From Octopus sinensis (Eukaryota), in assembly GCF_006345805.1 (NCBI RefSeq), contig NC_043007.1, positions 69,006,001 to 69,070,000 of the forward strand: a DNA stretch of 64,000 bases, read 5' to 3'. Shown here in pieces: positions 26,613 to 37,251 of this stretch; the stretch's first letter is position 1; every line of letters begins with the position of its first letter. The position numbers and the translations under genes were made by a program. Below the pieces are notes generated by a model that saw nothing but the letters and a program-made list of their open reading frames with translations, was not told where the DNA came from and ran no database searches.

Positions 26613-26992
26613 TACATAGACACTAGGCACAAGGCCTGAAATTTTGGGGAAGGGGGCCAGTCGATTAAATCGACCCCAGTACGCAACTGGTACTTAATTT
26701 ATCGACACCGAAAGGATGAAAGGCAAAGTCGACATCGGCGGAATTTGAACTCAGAACGTAAATTTCTTTACTACCCACAAGGGGCTAAACACAGAGAGGA
26801 CAAACAAGGACAGACAAACGGATTAAGTCGATTATATCGACCCCAGTGCGTAACTGGTACTTAATTTATCGACCCCGAAAGGATGAAAGGCAAAGTCGAC
26901 TTCGGCGGAATTTGAACTCAGAACGTAACGGCAGACGAAATACGGCTACGCATTTCGCCCGGCGTGCTAACGCCTCTGCCAGCTTGCCGCCT
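26613..26992 (-). mobile_element. Tandem tRNA-derived SINE copies (Deu/Nin-like core)
   Basis: Head GGCGGCAAGCTGGCAGA..GTTAGCACGCCGGGCG; core CCTTTCATCCTTTCGGGGTCGATAAATTAAGTACCAG, repeated. Confidence 0.85.
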
Positions 26993-27394
26993 TGACGTAC
27001 TAGTAATTCTACCAGTTCGCCGCCTTATATATACATATCAGGCTAAGAAGAAAATCCTGTCGCATTTTTTACATGATGATCCTGGGATTGAAAATCTGCC
27101 CTTCATTTGGTTCTTGAACATCCAGGATTGGGATCAGATATGGATGAAGATTTGTTGTATGCTAACAGTTTGAAAAGTCAAGTTTAAAAAAAAACTCCAA
27201 ATATTAGTGGACTAAGAAGTTTTTCATTTAAACTGAATTTAAAGTAATTCCAAAACTTTGTGAATTTAAAAAATATTTCCAATTCAGTTCATTTAAAATT
27301 AGATCCATGTTAGAATGAGAGATTCCATGTTCGTGAGGTTTCGAAGTTCTACGGAGTTTGTGAATTAAAGTGCTCGGAAGGATATATTGAGGAA

Positions 27395-27515
27395 CTCGAA
27401 CTTCCGGCCGAAATCGGACTTTCGGCCCAAATCGGACTTCCACCTAAATCGTACTTTCGGCCAGATCATACTTTCGACCTGATCGGACTTCCGGCCGGAT
27501 TGGATTTTCGGTGGA
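27395..27515. repeat. Degenerate 17-18-bp tandem repeat, about 7 units (ATCGGACTTTCGGCCCAA-like)
   Basis: Units visible directly; CpG-rich. Confidence 0.8.
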
Positions 27516-27809
27516 GTCAGTTTATTCGGAGATCTGAATGCTGGAAGATCTGCAGCTCAGGTAGTGGATCTGTGTCAATGACTATCACACAGACGCGCGC
27601 GCACGCACACACACACACACACATACATACATACATACATACATACATACATACATACACATACATACATACATACATAGAGTTACGGCTATGCTGTTGT
27701 AGATGTGCTGTATGCTGTTCTTTGTCATCACTTTAACTTCTTTGAGATTTTAGGTATAATTATACTAATGTGTCCATCTGTTCTAATTTAATTAAATTCT
27801 ATGTCTTTG

Positions 27810-27896
27810 TGCACCTGAAGATTGCTCTATATTTTAAATTGATGTAATGATTGCATTCTTAAATTAAATGGAGTTGCATGAAACGATCGTACTGCA
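27810..27896 (+). ncRNA. Hammerhead ribozyme motif in a PLE pLTR
   Basis: TGCAC-CTGAAGA-TTGC...GCAT-GAA-ACGATCGT-A-CTGCA; downstream 27860-28030 homologous to 14020-14200. Confidence 0.6.
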
Positions 27897-29128
27897 TTAC
27901 CTCTGGATATCCTTGTTTCTTATTTTGATTTCAATCAGCTTATTTTGAAATTGCATGGATAATACCGTACCATATTCTGGTGCCTCAACTTAAGTACTAT
28001 ATTCATCTGAATATAAATTTTTGCTGAGCTCATCTTTCATACATATATATATATAGATATATACATACATCTTGGAGCGATAGGATACATACTAACCCGT
28101 CTGGAGCAGAGTTTGACTGAACTTGGGATTTTGATGAGAGAATGCAAATCTTTAATTCATATGCTACCAATGATCACGATATCTGGGACAATAAAAATCT
28201 GCAAGATTTAAAAAGATGGTTAAAACAAGATACTTTCCTTTACAACCTTGTTACTAAGTCAGTGATAGTCAAAATTTACTCTAGAATTAAAAAGAGAAAA
28301 AGAACATACAAGACTAATCTGATGTTGTATAAATTCCAATGAAAGAGTCCTGTTGCTAGACTAGAGATAGGATCTTTCTTCCTTGGTTCAGAAATTCAAA
28401 GAACAGCACCAAGAACGATCATAAATTTATCAATCAACAGCTAAAGTTTTATTACTCTTCATCTTTGATATTAGAAATGATATGTATATTCCATAAAGAA
28501 ACATTTTTTCATAAAAATTTATCCATCATACATTTTTTTGTACTTTGTTAGATGTAAGCGAGATGCTATTTGGAGATTTAAAAACTAAAATTATTGATAT
28601 TTCTGCTTTTGAAGGTTATTGGAACTGACGGTGCATTGAGATTATTTTAATCAATTATATTCCATTCCGCTAAGTTTTTAATTTAATGTTAACCATTAAG
28701 CAATAACAACAAATCAAATCATTTCCGTTCTTGTCGTTGTTGTTGCTGCTGTTGCTGTTGTTCTTTGTTTAGTTGCCGTTGTTGTTGCTAGCAAAGAATA
28801 CTGTATTCTTTTTATCATAGTTTTGCGTCATAATTATTAAAAATAGTTTTCTTCGAGTTTTCCTCAAACATTTACTTAACATAATTAAGAACAGATCAGG
28901 CATGTTAAAACAATAAACACACAAGCAGGTAAATAAATAAACGCAGTGTTTAAAGGCGCATGCATAGGTGAAGTTTGCATCCCAACCACATAGTTCCGGG
29001 TTCAGTCCCACTGCATGGTACACTGGGCATGCATCTTCTACTAAAAGCCTCGGGCCGGCCAAAGCCTTGTGAGTGAATTTGATTGACGGAAACAGAAAGA
29101 CGCCCGTCGTATATATATATATATAATA

Positions 29129-29181
<53 letters not shown>

Positions 29182-29968
29182 TATATATATCTATTGTATG
29201 TATATATAACATACAAAATGGGACAACAAAACATCCAGCTAGATGATATAAAGAAAACAAGGACGGGTCGTGCGCGTGTGTGTCTGTGTTTGTTCACCTG
29301 GCACGCCGCTGCTTGACAACCAGTGCGGGTGAGTAATGTCTCAACTACAAATTTCCATCCACATGTTCGAGCGCCATCGACAAAGTCTATATTCTGTTAG
29401 AAAAGGTAACAGAAATTGTCTCGAATAACCGGCTGAAGGAAACCAAATTGTTTGATGAAATACTAATCAAGGTATGGCGTACTTCATCATTATATTTACT
29501 GAAATCGGCTGCTGCAGTTTTTACTGTTGGATTGGTGCGCTATTTCCTGCAGAAGCTTGGTATGGAACCCAAACAATTGAGAGAAACCAGTTCAAAGCAG
29601 TTATAGTTGACAAGAAACCGTAGGTGAAACACTACGGTTTGTGAAAACTAATTCGGCCCTCGTTCCCCATCTCAGGCAAAGCGGCGAAATGCTTGTGCTC
29701 CTGAGATATCTGGTGTTGCTGCAGAAGAGTTTACGACGTTGTGATTGCTTTAGTCAGCACCGGAAGAAATTGCAATACGTCTGTTTGGCTCCTACAACTT
29801 CTGCGAGGGCAAAGTGTCTCTGTTGGCTATTTCACCCATATTCTTTTATACTTGTTTTTGTCAGTAGACTGTAGTCATGCTGGAGCACTTCCGGTACTCG
29901 AGCAAATCGCCCTCATTATTATTACACAAACATACCTATCTATCTATCTATCTATCTATATATATATA

Positions 29969-30065
<97 letters not shown>

Positions 30066-30088
30066 CATACATACATATACACATATAC

Positions 30089-31098
30089 GTTCTGAGTTCA
30101 AATTCCACCGAAGCGACTTTGCTTTTCATCCTTTCGGGGTCGATTAAGTAATTACCAGTTACGCACTGGGGACGATATAATCGACTTAATCAGTCTGTCT
30201 TGTCCTTGTTTATCCTCTCTGTGTTTAGTCCCTTGTGGGCAGTAAATAAATAGGTATTTCGTCTGCCGCTACGTTCTGAGTTCAAATTCCGCCGAGGTCG
30301 ACTTTGCCTTTCATCCTTTCGGGGTCGATAAATTAAGTACCAGTTACGCACTGGGGTCGATGTAATCGACTTAATCCCTTTGTCTGTCCTTGTTTGTCCC
30401 CTCTATGTTTATCCCATTCTGGGCAAAAAAATAAAATTAAGGAAAGATTTGAAGTATGCAGGGATACAAACGTATTGAAAGTTTTCAATAAAAGTTTGAA
30501 GTAAGATTTATAAAGCTATTTCTTTTGATAAGATAATTAAGTAATAAATATAAAATTTTGTCTTTTTTTTTTCTAAAATTTGCAGATAGTTGATTCTGGA
30601 ACACCCTGTATGGTGTAGCGTTGTTAGTTGTTGCGTTACTCGAGTAAATATTAAAATCAAAGGTCTTCTCGCCGTAAACATCCTATCGTTTTGTTAAGCA
30701 TATTGTATCAAGGAGTATATTATCCAAAAAGTATCTCTCCTTTATAGGCGTGGCTATGTGGTTGAGAAGCTTGTTTTCCAACCATATCACCTTGGGTTCA
30801 GTCCTACTGTACGGCATATATATATATATGTATGTATATATATATGTGTAGCGGCAGACGAAATACCTATTTCTTTACTGCCCACAAGGGACTAAACACA
30901 GAGAGGATAAACAAGGACAAGACAGACTGATTAAGTCGATTATATCGACCCCAGTGCGTAACTGGTAATTATTTAATCGACCCCGAAAGGATGAAAAGCA
31001 GAGTCGCTTCGGTGGAATTTGAACTCAGAACGTAGCGGCAGACGAAATGCCGCTAAGCATTCCGTCCGGCGTGCTAACGATTCTGCCATCTCGCCACC
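30089..31098. mobile_element. SINE cluster with near-identical inverted copies
   Basis: 30089-30272 (+) versus 30848-31031 (-); second unit to about 30425; head at 31031-31098. Confidence 0.85.
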
Positions 31099-31873
31099 TT
31101 AATGCTTCAAATCTTTCCTTAGCGTTGCGAAACACATTTTGAAGCATTTCAGAAGTTAGCTCCTGCAACGCTAACTGAATGTGTTCTTTAAGCTCAGCTA
31201 AACGCTTGCTCCATCTTGGGGATGGAAGTAAAGAAAATGATTGCTGCCAAATGGAAAAAAAGCTGTAGGGGACAAATAAGAGGGGTGCAACAGGATTGAA
31301 AATAGATTACAAAAAAAAATTATAAAAATTATAAAATTATAAACAAGATTTAAAGTTTATACACTTTTAACACATTTTGAAATTGATAAACATAAATAAA
31401 AGTGAGTTCTATAAGAATTCGTCCAATTTCACTCAAATCATAATTAATTTTGGGGCATCTCGTATTTACTCGTCCGACTAAACATTACACTATATATTAC
31501 GTTGTCTTACTTTGACTTGCAAGAGTTCTCTCCCTGGAATTATTAATACACCAACGTTAAATTCCCTGTATTAAAAAAATAGTTGCCAAATACAAATTTA
31601 TTGATTGACGTGTGTTACAGTGTATTTCACATTGTGTCACAGGATTTGTTACATGTGCTACAGTATGTAACCTGATAACTGGATACATCGTTACAATCTT
31701 CCTACAAAACACGCCCAAATCATGATTGGAGCAGACGACCTTTGATCGATGATATTCTGGCCTGAACTATTACATCTCTTTCACACACACACACACGTGC
31801 GCGCGCGCACATATATTTTTATATACATACATACATACATGCATGCATACATATATACATACATACATATACA

Positions 31874-31927
<54 letters not shown>

Positions 31928-31999
31928 TCTATGCATATATATATTTACATACACACTCACACGCACATATTTATATACATACATGCAAACATATATATA

Positions 32000-32036
<37 letters not shown>

Positions 32037-32111
32037 ATGTACAAATACACACACATACATGCATAGCTAGATGGATAAAAAACAGACAGACAGACAGACA
32101 AGCAGATAGAC

Positions 32112-32172
<61 letters not shown>

Positions 32173-32463
32173 AACCCATACATGTACATACACGCACACA
32201 CGCACATTATATATGTATATATTTACACACACACGCATTTGCATATGTGTGCATATACACACGTGTGTGTCACCCCATAACCGCTTTGCTACCAGTGTTG
32301 TTGTGTTTACGTCCCCGTAACCCTAACCGTTCGGCCAAAGAACGATAAAATAAGTACTAGGGTTTAAAAAAAGTTCTGGGTCCGATTTGTTCGACTAAAA
32401 CCTTTCAAACTAAGGTGGTGCTCCAGCATGGCCACATTCAAATGACTGAAACAAGTAATAAAA

Positions 32464-32503
<40 letters not shown>

Positions 32504-32699
32504 TCACATATAAAGGAAGGCATGTTTATAACCCTTTACAGAGCCTCCTGATGATGATGAAAGTGAGGGTGGAATAAATACCGCTAAACCTTCAGTCCAA
32601 CACTTTAATGATTCTGCCAGTTCAATACCTGAGTAACTAATTTAGGTATATCAAGAGCTGCACTGTCCAACTAAAGGCGAGAATACAATGTGAATGAGG

Positions 32700-32838
32700 T
32701 TTTTGGCTGCTATTTTTAGCAGATCGAGTAACCTGTTAGATGCGTCAAAAGTTTACGATGAAGTTTGACGCATGCGTACTTACGTAAACACAAACTTCCT
32801 TCGTAAACATGGCTGACGTGGATTTTCACGGAGACCAA
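32700..32838 (+). promoter_or_regulatory. Putative YIPF6 proximal promoter/5'UTR
   Basis: CpG-retaining segment upstream of the ATG; inverted ATGCGTCAAA...TTTGACGCAT (32740-32773), two GTAAACA motifs, TGACGTGG at 32814-32821. Confidence 0.5.
32809..32838 (+). CDS. YIPF6: YIPF6 coding exon 1 (MADVDFHGDQ)
   Basis: ATG in a CpG-retaining promoter-like region, 10 codons, then a perfect gtaagt donor; phase 0 matches exon 2. Not verifiable by homology (short, variable N-terminus). Confidence 0.75.
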
Positions 32839-33059
32839 GTAAGTTAATTAGCAACACTAAAATGGACTAATTTAGCGAAAAGAGTTTAATATTCTCCTTG
32901 CTCTTCAGACTGTCGTTTAGTTATGTTCATTGTATTAGTTAAGTAATGGCTGTTGGTTGACTGCTATAGTCGTAAACTTTTCACGAACAGCTCGCTACAG
33001 GGATTTCTTACATGTATAGAGAGATGTTTCGTCTTTAGCGGTACCAAAGACGAAACATC

Positions 33060-33093
<34 letters not shown>

Positions 33094-34319
33094 TGAAATG
33101 CTTAATAAAATGGATCTAGTTGTTTGGGATATTGTGTATGTAACGTAAGATAGACACCCCTAAAATTACGGTTTTTTTTTCTTTTTTCTTGTTCATACAT
33201 TTTCTCCTATCGCTTACTCAAAGAGTGAAAGAACGACAGTGCCGATAAAATCCTCACACACTAAGACTCTAGTAGAACGGGAGAAAGTTCTCAACCCGGG
33301 GACCTGGGCCTCGTGCTTGCAAAAGAGCGAAATCTATTAACGACACCCGAAGACTAGGTGATGGTGCTAAACCAGACGACGTAGTAAATTTGCCATCCCC
33401 ACACTCAGATCATAGAGAATTGGTACAAATATTGCGACGTGTTTTGTCCTACACTCCAATGCAGTGTTTCTCAACTTTTTTTTTATTTTGTCCGATACAC
33501 CGCTTCGTATACTCCCACCCCGAACCTTGAGCAAAGTCTTTGACATCTACGTGTTATTCAAAAGTAGCTTCCATCAAAACTTTACTGTAAGTTTTGTTTA
33601 CTTGTTACTTACGTCCCATTCTGAAATAATCCAGTATTGCCACACCCCACCAGTCCAGCATGCACTCCGCCTTGAAAAGTAGTCCTTTAATGCATCCAGC
33701 AATTCATCGAAAACTTTATCTATACAACTGGTACCTGTTTCAGTTTACTTAAAATGTCACCTCAGCCTGTTACAAGCTTGATTAGAAGTGCATTTAATTT
33801 TTTTTTTTTTTCTATTTTCATTACTTATCATACGCAATTGAAAGATTGGACGTAATGCCTCATAGTTTTGTTCGTGCTGTTTATGTCCAAGTTGAAATTT
33901 CTCTTGGACCAGTTTAGACTTTTATCCCTCTGGAATTGATAAAATAAATGCCTTTTAAGTACTGGATTTATTTAACCCACCCAACAAAATTTCAGCAAAA
34001 TATCTACATAAGAAACATATTAGCTGGCAGAATCGATAGCATGCCTGGCGAAATGCTTCGTGGCATTTCGTCTTACATTCTGAGGTCAAATTCTGCTGAG
34101 TTTGGCTTTACCTTTCATCCTTTCAGGGTCAGTAAAATAAGTACCAGTTGAGTACTAGAGTTGATGTCACTGACTTGCCTCTTCCCACGAAATTGATGGC
34201 GTTGTGGCAAAATTTGAAGCCATTATTATTATCATTATTAACGCAGTGAGCTGGCAAAATTGTTAACATGCCAGACAAAATGCATAGTAGCATTTCATTT
34301 GTCTTTAAAAAGATTCAAG

Positions 34320-34538
34320 TGAGGTCATTGCCAGTACCGCCTGACTGGTACCCGTGCCAGTGGCACGTAAAAAGCCCCCACTACACTCTCGGAGTGGTTG
34401 GCGTTAGGAAGGGCATCCAGCTGTAGAAACTCTGCCAGATCAAGATTGGAACCTGGTGCAGCCATCTGGTTCGCCAGCCCTCAGTCAAAATCGTCCAACC
34501 CATGCTAGCATGGAAAGCGGACGTTAAACGATGATGAT
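34320..34538 (-). mobile_element. RTE-associated SINE-like element nested inside an older SINE
   Basis: Shared block ctggatgcccttcctaacgccaacc and (CAT)n end; splits the host SINE between its head (34243-34310) and body (34538 onward); relatives near 35800, 36130-36467, 39005, 47235, 52605. Confidence 0.7.
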
Positions 34539-36467
34539 TCTGAGTTCAAATTCTGCCAAGGCTGGCTTTGCCTTTCATTCATTCAGGGTCAATAAAATAA
34601 GTACCAGTTGGGCACTAGAATTAATGTAATTGATTACACCCTCCCCCTAAATTTCAGGCCTTGTGCCTATAGTAGAAAGTATTATTATTATTATGGTGGC
34701 AAGCTGGCAGAGTCATTAGCATGCCAGACAAAATTCTTAGTGGCATTTTGTCCATCTTTGTTATCTGAGTTCAAATTCCACCTAGGTCAATTTTGCCTTT
34801 CATCCTTTTGGAGAAAATAAGTACCATTTGAACATTGGGGTTGATATAATCAACTTACTTCCCCTCCACTGAAATTGCTGTGCCAAGATTTCATTTTATG
34901 AGGTCAGCTTTGCCTCTCATCCTTTTGGGGGTCGATGAAATGAGTACCAGTTATGCACATGGGCTGATGTAATCGACTAGTCCCCTCTCCCAAAATTTCA
35001 GGCCTTGTACCTATAGTAGAAAGGATTATTATTATTACTCTTTACTCTTTTACTTGTTTCAGTCATGTGACTGTGGCCATGCTGGAGCACTGCCTTTAGT
35101 CGAGCAAATCGACCCCAGGACTTATTCTTTGTAAGCCTAGTACTTATTCTATCAGTCTCTTTTGCCGAACCACTAAGTTACTGGGATGTAAACACACCAG
35201 CATCGGTTGTCAAACGATTTGGGGGGACAAACACAGGCACACACACATATACATATTTACAACGGGCTTCTTTCAGTTTCCATCTACCAGATCCACTCAC
35301 AAGGCTTTGCTTGGCCCGAGGCTATAGTAGAAGAGACTTGCCCAAGGTGTCATGCAGTGGGACTGAACCTGGACCCATGTGGTTGATGAACGAGCTACTT
35401 ACCACACAGCCACTTCTATATAGACACTTCTTTCAGTTTCTGTCTAACCAATCCATTCATCTACCCTTTAGCATTCATGTTCTGTCAAAAATGATATTTA
35501 TTTCCATTGTTTTGAATTAATCATGCATTATTTTGTAGCTTTGGGATCTTCACAAAGTAATTCTTAATTTTTAGAAAGACATTGTACTGTTGGTGAAACA
35601 GACCAGAATCTGGCCAGTTTAAACATAGAACAAGTAGAATATTTTGACCAGATACAGCCAGTTTAAATCCCAAAGCATTAAGCTTTAGTTGGCATGGAGC
35701 TATATTAGAAGACACTTACCTAAGGTGCCATGCTGCAAGACTGAACCCAAAACGATATGGTTGGGAAGCTAACTCACTAACCACAGAACCACACATCATC
35801 ATCATCATAATTTAACATCCATTTCCCATACTTTCATGAGTTAGATAGTTTGACCAGAGAAGGTAGGCTAGAGAACTGCACCAGGTTCCAGTCTGTTTTG
35901 CCCTGGTTTCTACACATTGGATGCCCTTCCTAATGTCAACTACTCCACAGAGTGTACTGGGTGTCTTTTACATGTCACTTCCACGTGTGCCTGGTTATTT
36001 TAAATGGCTAGCATCTCATTCGCAATATATTCCTAATCTCAGTAATATACCTTCATAAACAACATTCATTTTGTTGTACAGCACAAGGTTTTATTACAGT
36101 TAATTAAGAGTGTGAAAGAAATATATGCTATCATGTTTGTGTGTGTGTGTGTGCTGGTGGCACATAAAATGCACCATCCGATTGTGGCTGATGCCAGCGC
36201 TGCCTGACTGGCATCCATGTCGGTGACATGTAAAAAGCACCAGCTGATCGTGGCCGTTTGCCAGCCTCCTTTGGCTCCTGTGCCGGTGGCACGTAAAAAG
36301 CACCCACTACACTCACGGAGTAGTTGGCATTAGGAAGGGCATCCAGTTGTAGAAATACTGCCAGATCAGACTGGAGCCTGGTGCAGCCTCCTGGCTTCCC
36401 AGATCCCAGTTGAACCATCCAACCCATGCTAGCATGGAAAATGGACGTTAAACAAGGATGATGATGA

Positions 36468-36575
36468 TTGATATGGGCTTTCTTGCCCGGATTGGCCTCA
36501 CCAGTCACCTCCGGTCTCATAGCAGCAATTCCACCAAATGATGTCAATGGTCATCTTCGAACCCGAAGGATAAAC
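36468..36575 (+). mobile_element. RTE-BovB-like 3' end
   Basis: 'AFLARIGLTSHLRSH' C-terminal motif plus a short 3'UTR. Confidence 0.65.
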
Positions 36576-36712
36576 AAAGATAGATATATGTATGTAACTA
36601 TTTGGACTTTGGTTATGTGTCTATTAGTATTAAAGCACATTCCTGATGTCATCCACAGTTATGATACAATTTTCAATGGATCTGTCAGGAAATCTGCAGT
36701 GTTTGTTGAGTT

Positions 36713-37065
36713 TATAATAGTAAGAACAAAAGATGGATTTAGTATTAATCTTTATTCAGCATGATGATCGTTTCGACCCATCCAGCAGCTGTCCCTTAGG
36801 GGTAGGATATTGTGCAACCAGTTGTGTTGCATTAATCAGTGCAGGCTGTATCACTTCAGGTGCTTGGTGTAAAAATATCTAGTGGGGTATCCTTTTTTTT
36901 TTCACACCAAGCACTTGAAGTGACACAGCCTGCACAGATTGATGCAACACAACTAGATGCACAATATCCTACCCCTAAGGGGCAGCTGCAGGATGGATTG
37001 AAACAACTGTTGTTCTGAATAAAGATTCATACTAAATCTGCCTTCCTTTTCCGTCATCAATTATA
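36713..37065. repeat. Inverted repeat (arms of about 165 bp, loop of about 20 nt) in YIPF6 intron 1, probably inverted PLE pLTRs
   Basis: 36713-36875 is the reverse complement of about 36898-37065 with scattered mismatches; 36577-36740 is homologous to 15030-15220. Confidence 0.9.
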
Positions 37066-37215
37066 TACACACACACAGTGATGACTCTAACATTTTGAGT
37101 TCTTACCATTCCTCTGTGAGAAGATTGGAAGTGAATGACACTGCTTGTGTGACAGTTTCACTCATTTACAACTATCACACAATGTCAAAACAATGAGACA
37201 CACACATACATGTAA

Positions 37216-37251
<36 letters not shown>

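Noticed and set aside
27395-27515. Regularly spaced repeats resembling a CRISPR array
   Set aside because: Units are contiguous with no unique spacers; eukaryotic context and no cas genes
36131-36547. 138-aa minus ORF inside YIPF6 intron 1 (nested gene?)
   Set aside because: Composed of an antisense RTE 3' end plus an RTE-type SINE
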